A model generated the notes under the pieces. That model had not been told where the DNA came from and made no database searches. It worked only from the letters and a program-made list of their open reading frames with translations. DNA of 64,000 nucleotides. Source: Dictyostelium discoideum. Taxonomy: Eukaryota. The DNA is taken from assembly GCA_000004695.1 (NCBI GenBank), contig CM000151.3, forward strand, positions 8,256,001 through 8,320,000. The letters are read 5' to 3'. The translations under genes and the position numbers were made by a program. This document shows, piece by piece, positions 13,195 through 26,819 of this stretch. How positions within the stretch are numbered: position 1 is the first letter of the stretch; every line of letters starts with the position of its first letter.

Positions 13195-13606
13195 TTTTGA
13201 ATTAATATCTCTTTTACTATAATATATTATAGTAATTTATATTAATTTTTTTTGATCTTTTTTTTTTTTTTTTGAAAAATAAGTTGTCCCACAACAACTA
13301 TCTCTTTTTTTTTTCAAAAAATAATTTAGAAAAATGAAAAAAAAAAAAAAAAAATAAGAAAAAAAATAAAAAAATATAAATTAAAAAAAAAAAAAATAAA
13401 AAAATCAAAATTTTGATTTTTTTTTTTTTTTTTTTTTATTTTCACAAACACTCCATTGTTTTTTCAACCGGGTTCATCAAAATCTAAACAAAACACTGTT
13501 AAATTAAATAATTGAGATTTTTAATTGTTTAGAAAAAAAAGAATAAAAAAAAATAAAAATAAAAATAATTTTTTTAAATTATCTTTTTATTATTTATTTT
13601 TACTTT

Positions 13607-14113
13607 TTACTTTTTACCAGCTAATGGTTCTGGTTTTTTAATAATAAAGAAAACTAAAAATAATGTAATTGAAAGCATTACCATTACAACTAAAGCAATT
13701 GGACCATAACGATCATCAAATGGACCTTTACCTTTGGTTAGGATTGCTCTTCTACGTAATCTGAAAATGATATAACTGTAAACCAAAAAACCCAATGCAA
13801 TGATCCAAAGACATAGACCAGTGAAGAGTGATAATGATTCTGTTCCGAAAAAGGTAATGATAGATGTACCAATTGCACCCAATGAAAAGGTTGTACCTAC
13901 CCAACTCATCCAAGTTCTTTCATTTGAAAATAATTTTGAATCATCACTTAAAACTTTTCTCCAAACTGGAATCTTTTTACCTTCTGCTGCTGCAATAGCT
14001 GATAATGATACTTTCTTTTCTGTTTCACTTCCACTACCTTTACCAAATATCCATTTTCTACTTTTTAATTTATTTTTATTATTATTACTATTCTCACCAC
14101 CACTACTATCATA

Positions 14114-14154
<41 letters not shown>

Positions 14155-14869
14155 TACTATTTTTATTATTATTTCTATAATTATTATTATTATTATCATC
14201 ACTATTATCATTATAATTTACAACACTACTATTTGGTCTTCTTTTACCAAATGCTTGAATTTCATTATCATAGATACTACCTTTTTTAGGTTTAATTTTT
14301 TGAACAAGTTTTTGTGGTGGTGGTGGAAGTAATAATGAACTACTACCCATTGATGATACTGTTGATGCTGGTAGTTGGTTTTGTTGTTGTTGATTTTGTT
14401 GTTGTTGTTGATTTTGTTGCTGTATGAACCAATTAATATCATTCTCTGCTATTAATGGATTTGTACTTGTGGGTGGTGGTATTGTAATATCAGTATAATT
14501 GTAATCGGTATTACTATTTTGATTCATGGTTTCACCATTCTCATCTATACTACTTAATTGAGAGATATGTAATTGTTGTTGATATCTCTCTTTTTCAAGT
14601 TGTTCAATTTGTAATTGCTGTTGTTCAACTAATTTTCTTAATCTTTTTCTTTCCTTTTTCTTTTTTCCTTTTTTCTTTTTTTTACCACCTCCGTCACTTG
14701 ATCCTGATGATTCTTCATCATTATCTTCATCTTCTGAGTTATTATTATTATTATTAATTATTTCATTTTTTTTAATTTTTTTATTATTATTTGGTGATGG
14801 TGTTGTAGTTGTTGTTGTTGTGGTGGTATTATTACTGTTATTACTATTTAATCCTGGGGGATCTATCAT
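13607..14869 (-). CDS. membrane protein with C-terminal DUF202-like domain (NERTWMSWVGTTFSLGAIG.. plus 2-3 TM helices), Asn/Gln-rich N-terminal half with a coiled coil
   Basis: 420-aa ORF. KKKKKGKKKKERKRLRKLVEQQQLQIEQLEKERYQQQ coiled-coil/basic segment. C-terminal hydrophobic helices follow the NERT motif typical of DUF202/YidH-like domains. Confidence 0.55.
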
Positions 14870-15476
14870 TTTTAAAATTTTATGGAAATTTTTTTTTATA
14901 TATTATATTTAATTTTTTTTTTTTTTTTTAAAAAATCATATACCCATAAATATTTATATATATATTATAAAAATTATCTATTACTAGTAAGTGTTGATGG
15001 GAATTTTAAAAATAATGAAAAATAAAAAAAAAAAAAAAAAACACAATTTAAAAATAAAAAAAAATAAAAAAAAAAATAAAAATAAAATTAATAAAAATAA
15101 AAAAAAATAAAAAAAACCAAATTCTTATCAATTGAATTTTCAGACTTTTGACATTCTAAATTAAAGCAATTGCAATAAAAAAAAAAAAAAAAAAATTAAA
15201 TTTCATAAACGAAAGTATATACATGGATGGATATTTAAATACTTAAGTATTAGATTATAATTTTTTATTTTTTTCTTTTTATTTTTTTTTATTATTTTAT
15301 TTTTTTTCATTTATTTATATATTTATTTTTTCATATTAATTTATTATTTATTTATTTATTTTATTATTTTATTTATATAGAATTCATATAATTATTTTTA
15401 TTTTTTATTTTAATCTTTTTTCCTAATTCAAAAGAAATTAATTTTTATATTATTCTTTATATTAAAAGAAGTGAAA

Positions 15477-15514
<38 letters not shown>

Positions 15515-15818
15515 AAAATTTTCTTCAAAAAAGGATATTTTAATTAAAATTTAAATTTTTAATAAAACTTTGATTGCTTATAAAATATATTTATATCAGA
15601 AATAATATATTTTTCTTTTTTAATTTATTTTTTTTTAATTTTTTTTTTTTTTTATTTTTATAATTTTTTTTTTTTTTTTTTTTTAATTTTCATATTTATT
15701 TGTGAAAATACCACGCGCATTAAAAGAAGAAATAAAAAAACAAATAAAAAAACAATAAACACGATCATGAATAATTAATAATATTATTTAATTATATTTA
15801 TATTTATATTAAAAAAAA

Positions 15819-16437
15819 ATGATAAAAACTTTAATAATTATAATTGTATCTGTTATTGTGGGATACTTAATTTCTCATTTTAATATTTTAAATTTTGTAA
15901 TCTCATCACTAATCGAAGTAACAGTAATTAATAATAAGGTAAATAAATATAATATAATATAATATAATATAATATAATATAATATAATATAATATAATAT
16001 AATATAATATAATATAATATAATATAATATAAAAAGAATAGGTTAAAGCCTTGTAAATTTTTAGTAACTAACATTATTCTCACCAATTGAATATATTTAT
16101 TTAGAAAGTAATAGTTGGGGCCATCGTTGGACAAGCATTAATTTATTTTTTCGTATTCTTCCTACCACTTTCAAGTGTAGCAAATCAAATTGTAAAAGAG
16201 GAGTCATCAACAAACTATAGAGTGAATCCACCTAAAACACCTTCTTTAGTAGGAAATTTGTATCTACAACAACAATTACAACAACAGCAACAGCAACAAC
16301 AGCAATTACAACAACAACAACAACAGCAACAACAATCTCATCATCAACCAATTTTAAATACAGCGACTCCTTTTACACTACAGAATCATCTTATACCAAA
16401 TCCGTCTATTAAAACAACACAATATAATATTAAATAA
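15819..16437 (+). CDS. small hypothetical membrane protein with C-terminal poly-Gln; exons 15819..15938 and 16105..16437
   Basis: ATG at 15819. 40 codons (MIKTLIIIIVSVIVGYLISHF.., TM helix) end at AAG|GTAAAT. The intron carries an (ATAAT)n microsatellite. Acceptor TATTTAG at 16104, in frame with ORF 16222..16437 (which the track starts at GTG). Confidence 0.4.
15946..16031. repeat. (ATAAT)n microsatellite (~17 copies) inside the intron of the 15819..16437 gene
   Basis: Perfect pentanucleotide array read directly in the sequence. Confidence 0.9.
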
Positions 16438-16654
16438 ATTGTAAATATACATATAAATTAAAATAAAAAAATAAATGAGAAACAACCTTGTGGTCCACAA
16501 CAATCTAAAGAAAAAAAAAAAAAAAAAAAAAAAGAATATGAAATAATTATTGATATTTTTTCTTAATAATAATAAAAAACAATGAGAATTGGATAGATAT
16601 TAATAGATCATTTTTATTATAACTTTATTTTTTTTGTTTTTTTTTTCCTTTTTT

Positions 16655-16685
<31 letters not shown>

Positions 16686-16980
16686 TAGAAATACAAATAA
16701 ATAATTAATATTTTTTTCTTTGAATTGATATTAGATCGGGTAGATCTAAAGAAATTTTTGAATTACCTAAACAGAATTATTCTATATATAAATTTTAAAA
16801 AATAAATAATTATAAAAAGAAATAAAATAAATAGAAAAGAAAATTATTATTAATATGTTTTAGTTTTTTTTTTTTTTTTTTTAATATATATATATGATAA
16901 TAATAATTTTTATATTTTTTTTTTATTATTATTATTTATGGATTTTGTTTTTTTTTTTTTTTTTTTGATTTTTTTTAATT

Positions 16981-18558
16981 TTATAATAAAATTAAATTAA
17001 TTATTAAAATAATTGAAATGAAGGAAAATGATAAATAATTGAAATTGTTTTTGTTTCCATCATTTCTATAATAAGTTGAGTCGAATTGATTAATATCAGT
17101 AATATCACCTACATTTGAATTTTTTGAGTTTTTGCCAATGGCAAAGCCAACTCTATTTTCAATGTTATCAAAAATTGTATAATAACCACGCATGAAAACG
17201 TCACCCAATATGGTCATATCATCACCACGATCAATACCCCAACAATAGCCATAGACACCTTGTTGATTAGATTCGGTTTTGATCATATAATTCTTTGGTG
17301 GAATGGCGATTCTGACGCCACCTTCGAAGCCGAAATGTAACCATGGGAAGGTTGCGAAATCTTCTTCTTTTTCAAAACAGACTCTACTTGAGAAAATTGA
17401 TGGATAACTACAAACCATATCGATGTGACAATAGTGTTTTCTAAAGTATTGGATTAGGTGGTCGTATACTCTTGAGGTTAAAATTAAGTCACTTGTACCA
17501 CTATCAACAATTACTTGACCCATTGAATTTGCTGGGAAAGAGGTATTGTCAACACGGAATGATGTTGGTTTAATTGCATAGAATGGACCAGCTGGTTGAA
17601 TTGGCGTATATTGAATTGAACCGATATAATAATGATGATTGATTTTACCCAATGATAAATAACCTTGACCATGATAATCTAAATAAATACCAAATATATT
17701 CTTTATCGATGAATTTGATCTAACCATTGAATCGAAAATGGTTGGAACTAAATTCTTATTATTACTTGTTCTACCTAAACCCATAATACCATCAGCTCTT
17801 GGATATTCGAATGCTCCAACCTCTTCAACATTTGCTCCAAAATAAATTGTACTACTAACTCCACTAACTGTAATTTCATCACTAAAAACTTTACCTTTTA
17901 TCTTTGATCCATCACCATATAAAATAATAAAATCACAAGTTGATTTAGCATTTTGATGTAATTTACATGATGGTGATGCTGATCCTGATCCTAAACATTT
18001 ATCAGATGAACATGCTTTAAAAAAAAATTAAAAAAAAAACAAATAAAAAAAAAACCTGGATGTCAATAATTAATTCAATTTTTGGAAAAAAAAAAAAAAA
18101 AAAAAATACTTACGAATTAATTGTGAGGATGATGATAAAGCTGGATCATAAACTGGTCTATTATCTTTACAACTATTACAACCTTTTAATGGAATTGCAG
18201 TTAAAGTTGAACCAGTATCAACTTGTAAAATGAATTTTTGTTGACCAATTAAAACATTTACATTAATTTGATAGAAATTACCTTGCATATCAATATCAAT
18301 ATTCTTTGATAATGGATTTCTTTTATAATTTGATGGTTGAGTTGGTTTTAATGTCATCATACCATTTTCAATATTTCTATCAAATTCAACACTATATCTT
18401 GATTCAATTGTTAAAGGTAAATCAATTCCAAAATCACCATCTTGATCATGTTCAATATCATCTATATTTAAATTATTTGAATTTAATTCTGTGGTCGATC
18501 CCTTAATTATATTTATTGATAGTAAAAATATTACCAATAAAATATTTGATAATTTCAT
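16981..18558 (-). CDS. pepsin-family (A1) aspartic protease, secreted/GPI-anchored type; exons complement(18114..18558) and complement(16981..18014)
   Basis: Signal peptide (MKLSNILLVIFLLSINIIKG). Two catalytic motifs: LQVDTGSTL in exon 1 and VIVDSGTSDL in exon 2. Donor ATTC|GTAAGT, acceptor TTAAAG|CATG, 99-bp intron, phase 1. Hydrophobic C-terminal tail (..NYLSFSFISIILIINLILL) is GPI-signal-like. Confidence 0.8.
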
Positions 18559-19155
18559 TATAAAATATTTAATTGTTTTTTTTTTTTTTTTATAAATTTA
18601 TTTATTTATTATTTATTAAAATTATTATTAATTTTTTTATTATTTATTTATTTAATTAAAAATGATAAATAAAAAAATGTATAAATAAATAAATAAATAA
18701 ATAAATATGGCTTTATTTAAAAAATTATTCTTTGTTTATTGTTTAGTTAATTGATATTATTATTTTTATTAATATTTTTGTTTTTTTGTTTTTTTTTTTT
18801 TTTTTTTTTTTTTTTTTGGAAAAAAAAAAAAAAATTATATAAATAAAATTATTTAAATATTTATTATTCCTATAAAATTATAATAAAAACTAATAAACAA
18901 AAAAAACAAATTAATGTATTTATAAATTTATAAAAAATTAATAGTTATTACTATATAATTTATTTGTTTTTATTTGATATTGTTTTTATCTATTATTTAT
19001 GTATTTTTTTCTTTTTTTTTTTTTTTTTTTTTTAATAAATTAATTTTATTTTTGTATTTATATCTTTTTTTTTTTTCAGATTTTTATTTTTTTTGTTTTT
19101 AGTTTTTAAACTATAACTAAATTAATTTAAGTATATCGTGGTGTGTGTGGGTGGG

Positions 19156-19177
19156 TTTAATTTAGTTTAAAATATTT
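19156..19177. promoter_or_regulatory. G/T-rich G-box (CAE)-like element in the divergent intergenic region
   Basis: CGTGGTGTGTGTGGGTGGGTTT is an island of G/T in otherwise A/T sequence. It resembles GBF-type G-box/C-rich elements of developmentally regulated Dictyostelium promoters. Confidence 0.3.
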
Positions 19178-19758
19178 GTTTTTTTCTATTTTAAATTTTA
19201 TTTTTAAATTTTATTTTTTTTTTTTTTTTTAAATTTAATTTTTAAATCAATGTCTAAGCAATGAAGGAATTTCTATATTAAATTCCATAGTAATTTAAAA
19301 ACTCGTTCTAAAAATTTTAAAAATTAAGCCACAATATAATATAAAGTACTATTTTAATTTTTAAAAATGTGTTGGGGTTACTATTAAAATTTAAAAAATA
19401 AAAAAAATAATTTATTGGATTTCCATGGTTTGATATATTATTATTTTTATTTTTGTTTGATAATACAATAATAAAATTATTATTTTAAAATAAAACAAAT
19501 GTTAAAAGTAGTGGTTAAAAAAGTGTTTGTGGGGTTATATATTCATTTTAACCATAATGATCTTATCTAAAATGAAAAAATTAAAATGACTATATTTGTG
19601 TGTTGTTGTGTTTAACCATTATAGAGAAATCAAGTAAAAATTTCCGATATGAAATGAAAAAAAGAAATTACATATTGAAATTAAAATAAAAACTTTTTAA
19701 AAATAATTGATACATAAACCAAGTGAGGGGGGTGGTATAAAATTAAAATTAAAATTAT

Positions 19759-19780
19759 TGGTGTGGTGTGTGTTTGTGGT
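19759..19780. promoter_or_regulatory. G/T-rich G-box-like element (with GAGGGGGGTGG at 19733-19746)
   Basis: TGGTGTGGTGTGTGTTTGTGGT. Confidence 0.3.
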
Positions 19781-20897
19781 AATTTTTGTATATGTATGCA
19801 TAGTGTGAAATTAAAACTAATTGTACATGTAATATTTTTCATTGTCTCATTAGCAATATTGTTAATTTGTTCTTTTTTAAAAATACCTGGTTGAATAATT
19901 AAATATATATCAAAAAATCTCATTGTCTTTTAAAATAAAAAAATAAAAAAATAAAAAAATAAAGCCCTTTGTTTTTAAAAAAAAAAAAAATAAAAAAAAT
20001 AAATAATAAATAAAGGATTGATATCTTTAGTATTTATTTTTACACTTAAAATTATTTATAATTTTTTTAATTAAAGCAAAGTTTATCATTTTTATTTTAC
20101 AAAAAATAATAATAATAATAAAATAAATGAAAAAGTAAAAAATAAAAAAAAGAGTTAAATGAATATATAATATAAATTAAATTTCAAGTTTATAGAATTT
20201 TTTTTTCTTTTTTCATTATTAAAAAAAAAATCTATAAATTTGAAATTTAATTTATATTATATATTCATTTAACAATATTTTTCCTTTTTTTTTTTTTTTT
20301 ATTTTTTTTTTTTTTTTTTAAAATAAATTATTTCTTCATTATTTATTTAATTATAAAAAAGTTATTAAAGAAAAGGTTGAATAAATATAATAGGAAAATA
20401 AAACGATTAAATTTATATTTTGTTGGTAAAAATACTATGAATTTAATTATATAATGCTTCTTAAAATTATGATTGTTCTCCTGAATCATTACTTCTTTAA
20501 AAATGTAGTAAAAATTAAAACCTATACTATTATTTACTGATCTGCTTTTATAACCATTTAAATTTCAAAAAATAAAACTAAATAAAATTAAATAAAAAAA
20601 AAAATAATAATAATATAATTATTAAAAATAATAATTTAAAATTGATATAAATAAGATTTAAAGGTTATTTCATTTTATTTTTTATTTTCAATGTGGCTAA
20701 CTTCGTAAAATTGGATTGCAAAAATTAAACTCCTGAGGTTTTATTTTTATCAATTTCAAAGAGAATCCATGAGTTTTGTAATATTCAAATTGTTTTTATT
20801 ATTTTAATTTTCACTTTTAAATCACAATATCTGAAGATGTGGCGTTTGTTATGATATTAATTTAAACTTAAAACTATTAATAATTTTTCATATCTAT

Positions 20898-20951
<54 letters not shown>

Positions 20952-21386
20952 GAATAAATAAATAAATAAATAATGAAGAAAAATAAAAATGGGCTTTCAA
21001 TTAAACATCACTAAACAACATCACATGTATTTTTAATTAAACATTTTAAATTATTAAATAATTTTTTTTTTTTTTGTGGGGTTTAAAAAAAAAAAATCTT
21101 GATTAATCTTGTGATTGTTTATTTCAAAAAAAAAAATATAATTGAAAAATATCAAAAATAGATTAAAAAATATAAAAGGGATAAAAGAGAAAATAAAAAT
21201 AAAAATAAAAATAAGAAAAATTAAATAAAAAGAAAAAAAAAAAAATAAAAAAAAAAAAAAATAAAAAAAAAAAATAAAAAAAAATTACATCGTTGTTCAA
21301 AAATGTAAAACATTACAACACATGAATTTATTTGATTTTTAAATTATAATAATTGGGAGAATGTTAAAAATAACTCTGACATATAG

Positions 21387-21423
<37 letters not shown>

Positions 21424-21512
21424 AACCCACATTACAATTGAACAATTTAATATGTGTTTTTTTTTTATCATCGAAAATTATATTTATTTTTTATTTTTTT
21501 TTCTATTGTTAG

Positions 21513-21546
21513 GAGAGTGGGGGTGTGTGTTTGGGTGGGTACACCG
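21513..21546. promoter_or_regulatory. G/T-rich G-box-like element ~215 bp upstream of the Tgr-like gene start
   Basis: GAGAGTGGGGGTGTGTGTTTGGGTGGGTACACCG. Confidence 0.35.
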
Positions 21547-21759
21547 TGTTAAATCAAATAATTAAGCTCATTCTTTAGATGGATAATTTTTTTATTATAT
21601 TTTTATTTATTTTTATTTTTATTTTTGTTTTTTTTTTTTTTTTTTTTTTTATGTTAATATTATTTAGACTCTCTTCAAAAAAAAAAAAAAAAAAAAAAAA
21701 AGATTATAATATATCATATATTATATAATTAACCCTATAAAATTTAATTACATGAAAAA

Positions 21760-24433
21760 ATGAAATTAATTATTTTTATTATTTTTATATATTTATTTAT
21801 TATTCCTATTTTTTCTCAACCAAACCCAAAAAGTATATATTTTCGAAAAAAAATAAAAATAAAAATAAAAATTAATAACTAATAAAAATAATTATTAACT
21901 TTTTTTTAAAATAAATAAATAAAAAATAAATAATTTTTAAAAATATTTAGGTTTTTTAAATACAGATACAACAATTACATTTGAATGGAATTTAAATGAT
22001 AATAATTATTATACAAAATGGATAATTATTAGACCCAATGATGCAAAATTAGAAATGCCATTTAATTGTGTAAAAGGCGAAACATCATTAAAGTGTGTTT
22101 ATACTAATTCCGACTCAACAGTTAATCAATTATATGGTAAAAATGTAACAGCATGTATTAATAGTTTAGGAGGTAATTGTGATACCCCATTAAGTCCACT
22201 TCATTATCCAACACCAATTTTAAAATCACCAATTCCAGAAATACCAGTTGATGGTGGTGAAGTTGTTATAACTGGTTCATTTTTAAAATTTGTAGAATCA
22301 CCAAACTACTATGAAATTGTTGGAACTGAAAATAAAATTACATTTATTGATGATTTAACTAAACAAGAATTCAATCCAACAAATGTAACATTAAGATTCC
22401 CAAGTGGTTGTGGTTTAAATAAATCCCTATTATTACCAAATGACCAAAAAATTCCATTTAATTATAAAAAATCAAATATTACAAGTTCATCATTAATTAG
22501 TGATAATGTTGTTGAATTAATTGGTACAAATTTTTGTAAAGACCAAAGTATCTCATTTGATGGTAAATTAATACCATCAAGTGATGTGAAAATATTAAGT
22601 TCTACTAAATTGCAATTTAATATAGTTCAAGAATATTCATCAACTGGTACACCAATTACTATTGGTGATAGTGAAGTTAAATTGGTATTCCCACCAATTG
22701 TTAATTCATATGATCCATTTTGTGGGTTGGATGGTATTGTTGTAATTCATGGTAAAAGATTAAAATCAAATAATCCAAATTCTGAGATAACTGTTAAAGT
22801 TGAAAATACCAATTGTAACGTTTTAAGCGGTGCTAGTAATACAACCTATTTACAATGCCATATTGAGTCTGGTTATGATAAGAATTTAATTGTTAGAATT
22901 GATAATATTGCAAGTCAACCTATAATGTTTTATTATGAACAACCAATAATTTATAAAACTACAATCGTTGAAAATACTGTAAATATCGATGGTTTTTGTT
23001 TATCGAAAATTAACGATATCCAAGTTGATGGTACTACTAAAAATAATAAAACCAAACCTTTATCAACCTCTGATTCAAAGGTGACTTTTAATTTGGATCC
23101 TCAATACTATGGTGAAACTTTTATTACAATTTCAAATGAAAAATATACTGCCACTACAAATGTTACTGCAAAATTGTTTGCTAAAGTATCAGAAAATCCA
23201 AAAGCTGGTGATAAAGGAATACTACTTGATATTTACTATAATGATCCTCAAGGTACATTAAAATGTAATGATAAATCAAAACTAACAGGAAGTGAAGTTA
23301 AAGACTATACATTTGAAATTAATCCAATTTGTGGTACTATAAATTTAACACTTACTGATGGTACCAATGAATTTACTTTTCAAGCTACTTCAATGCCTGG
23401 ATCAATAGATAAGTGTGAACTTCTCTCAAATGGTGAAACTAGGTGTAATGGTAGTTATCTTGTACCTGATGAATTTACATCACCCGTTGGAACTGTAAAA
23501 TTTGCAGGTAAAAATGTAAAAACAACATTTTTGAATTCAACAATATTCACCTTTACTACATTGGATGATATGTATGCTGGAGATTTATATTTAGATTCAT
23601 GTGTAATTTCCAAAAAAACAGAATATAAATTAGAACCTGTGATTTTATCATATGATGCAAACGGATTTTCAAAAACTGGTGGTGTTGCCAGTTTTACTGG
23701 AAAATATTTTGTATTGAATTCAAATCATATGAAAATTCAAAATTGTGGTAATAATCAAACTAGTCAATGTACTGTAACTTCACATACGATTATAGATTGT
23801 CCAATTTCAATTGATGGTCCAAGAGATAGGACTTGTTATTTAACTAAAGATGATAATTCTTCAATTCTAATTGGTGATCAAAAAGATGGTTCATTTATTA
23901 TTTCATTTGGTGAACCAATACCAATTGCATCGACATCTTTAGGAATAGAAGGTGGATCGTTAATTATCTTTGGTAAAAACTTTTATAATACTACTGATTA
24001 TCCATTACTAGTATCAGTTGGTAATGTAACTTGTAATAATCCAATACTAGTTGATGAATCAAATATTCATTGTACACTTGCACCAAATTCAAATACAAAC
24101 TTATTTGGTACCATTTTCGATAATCTACAAGATGTTAATGTAACATTGGCTGGTAGAAGTGGTGTTGGTAAAATATTTTCTTATTCTAGAAATTTAATCG
24201 CAACAACAACAAATGATAATAGTTTTAATTCAATGTATATAATAACTGCAATTGTTATTTTAATTGGTTTAATTGTTGCTTATCTTCAATTTACTTATTA
24301 TTATAAAAAAAATAGAAAAGATTTTATTTCAAATTATAAAATAATTAGAAAACAATGTAAAAAACAACAACACTATGTTCGTCCACATTTACAAATGACT
24401 GAAAAAAGATCTCAAAGTTTTGCAAATTATTAA
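21760..24433 (+). CDS. IPT/TIG-repeat type I transmembrane glycoprotein, Tgr (tiger)-family-like; exons 21760..21832 and 21951..24433
   Basis: Mini-exon 1 encodes a signal peptide (MKLIIFIIFIYLFIIPIFSQPNPK). Donor A|GTATAT, acceptor TATTTAG|GT (phase 1) joins to ORF 22055..24433. Repeated beta-sandwich modules (..ITGSFL.., ..VIHGKRL.., ..IIFGKNF..). Many N-x-S/T sites. A single C-terminal TM (MYIITAIVILIGLIVAYL) and a short basic tail. Confidence 0.75.
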
Positions 24434-24727
24434 AAAAAAAAAATAAAAAAATAAAAAAAATAAAAATAAATAATTAAATAATTAAATAAAATCCAATGTG
24501 TAATATCATTTAAAAATAAATGAAAAAACAAATAATAATTTTTATATTTCTTTTTTTTTTTTTTTTTTATATTTTAATGATTATATATGTACAAGGTTTT
24601 ATTTAATTATTATTTTTTTTTTTAAAAGAATAAAATTTTTTTTTTAGTATTTTTTTTTTTTAAAGAACCTTTATTTTATTTGATTATTTAAAAAAAGAGT
24701 GAGAGTCTCGCTAAACTATTAAAGAGC

Positions 24728-26193
24728 TTAGATCTTTGATTTGGCTAAACTTTCTTTGGCTTCAGCTTTTTGACGTTTGGCTAAGATAGCACGAGCTGGA
24801 CCAGATAAAGTGTTACCACCCCAGGTCTTTCTGTGTTCACTGTTATTGTTGAACATTTGTTTGGCGGATTCAACTAATAAAGCGAGTTCGTTTGAGTCAG
24901 CAGAGTTGACACCAGTGAGGGCAACACATGAAGCGTTTCTCATGTGAACTAATTCACCTAATCTGGATTTAGATTTGACGATACAGTATGGGACATCCAT
25001 ACGTCTGCAGAGGGTTGGTAAGTATAAGACGAGCTAAAATGAAAAAAAAACAAAAAAAAGTTAATAATTATTTTATTTTTTAAATATAAAGATAAATAAA
25101 AAATACACTTTAATAAATTTAATAATTAATGATTTTTTTTTTAAAAAACTATTAGATTAAAAGTAAATATTAACTATATGTACTAGATCATATTGATAAA
25201 AATATCAAATATAATTTAAAACATTCTAATTAAATATCCCCAGTATATCAATTACTTAATTATTTTTTTTTAAAAAAAAAAACAATTAAATAATCTAGAA
25301 TACTAGATGGAATTGAACAATAAACTCTGACGTTTAAATTTTCAACTTTTAATTTTTTTTAAGATTCTATTTAAAAAAATAGGAATCATGGAAAAAAATA
25401 GCGACCATAACACGTTGGCAACTAAAAAACCCCTAATAGTTTTACGATTATCATATAATTATATTTACGTATATAAAGTGAAAAAGGATAGAAAGAAAGT
25501 ATATATTAAAATAATTTTATCTTACTTCAACTGGGTCAACATCGTGGGCAATGACGACTAATTTAGCTTTCTTCTTTTCGATTAATTTGGTGACAGAGTC
25601 AATACCGAAACGTAAGTGTTGGACTGGTTTTTCAGCTTTTGGAGCAGCTTGACCTTTTGGAGTGGCAGCACGGGCTTCAGCGATTTTCAATAATCTAGCT
25701 TTCTTGACTGAGGCTTCTTCTGGTCTGTATTTATCTAATAATTTGAATAAATGGACAGCGGTGTTTTTGTCAAAGACACGGGTGAATTGGTTGATTGTTG
25801 GTGGAACCTTTAATCTCTTTAATAAAACACGTCTTTGTCTTTGTAATTTGATGTATCTTGGCCAGTGAGTGAAATGAGTTAAATCTCTCTTTGGTTGAAC
25901 ACCGAAACCAGTACCAAAGTTTTTGACGTTTTTGGTGTATAAGGCGTTGAATAAGGTTCTAGTTTTGATTTTCTTTTCACCCTTCTTGACGACTTTCTTT
26001 GATTTGGTGGTGGCAACAGCGGTTTTGGCTGGAGCAGCTTTGGTGGCAGCAGCTGGTTTAGTTTGTTTTTGAGACTAATATTTTAAAAATTATTTAAATT
26101 AATTTATTGTTCATTTCTTATTTTTTTTTTTTTATTTTTTTTTTTTTTATTTCATTTTTTTTTTTTGAAATTATTTAAATTTTAACATACCAT
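24728..26193 (-). CDS. rpl7a: 60S ribosomal protein L7a (eL8); exons complement(26191..26193), complement(25526..26074), complement(24728..25033)
   Basis: Exon 1 is the ATG only, followed directly by a GTATGT donor. Exon 2 gives [55 protein letters not shown]|GTAAGA. Exon 3 gives [30 protein letters not shown]. Uses the C-ending codons of highly expressed genes. Confidence 0.85.
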
Positions 26194-26448
26194 TCTGACT
26201 TGATAAAGAGTAACAACTGAAAAAAAAAAAAAAAAAAATTAAAAAAAAACTTTATAGGCCAAAATTTCGTAAAAAAAAAAAAAAAAAAAAAAATTGAAAA
26301 AAAAAAAAAGTAAAAAAAAAAAATTGAAAAAAATCACGAATTTCGTAAAAAAAAAACGAGCAGGGTAACGTTTGATGGATTTATGAAGATATTTATAGAA
26401 ATAAAAAAAATATAGAAAAAGTACAGAAAAAAAAACAAACATGTCTTT

Positions 26449-26481
<33 letters not shown>

Positions 26482-26559
26482 ATTCAGATACAACAGCACT
26501 TGTGTACCATTTTAATTTTTTATTTTTATTTTTTTTTATTTTATATTTTATAAATATTT

Positions 26560-26761
26560 TTAATATAATTTTAAGTGTTTAGTGACAGCATCAACTGCTT
26601 CTTTTGGTGCTGGACCAACAGCGAGTACAGTTGCAGAACCACTTGGAATTTGTGTATGGCCAGAATCTAAAACTAAATAACTTACAACACCAAGTTCTTT
26701 TGCTTTATTTCTTAAATCAACCCTATTTTTTTTTTTTTTTTTATAAATAAATAAATAATTA

Positions 26762-26819
<58 letters not shown>

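Noticed and set aside
26239-26442. Poly-F/poly-K ORFs in intergenic A/T homopolymer (also 27316..27501, 27396..27620, 28945..29259, 29337..29762, 30098..30486, 44343..44552, 48519..48704, 54310..54709, 58199..59143, 59299..60393)
   Set aside because: They translate T-runs or A-runs and have no codon structure. They lie in promoter or spacer regions.
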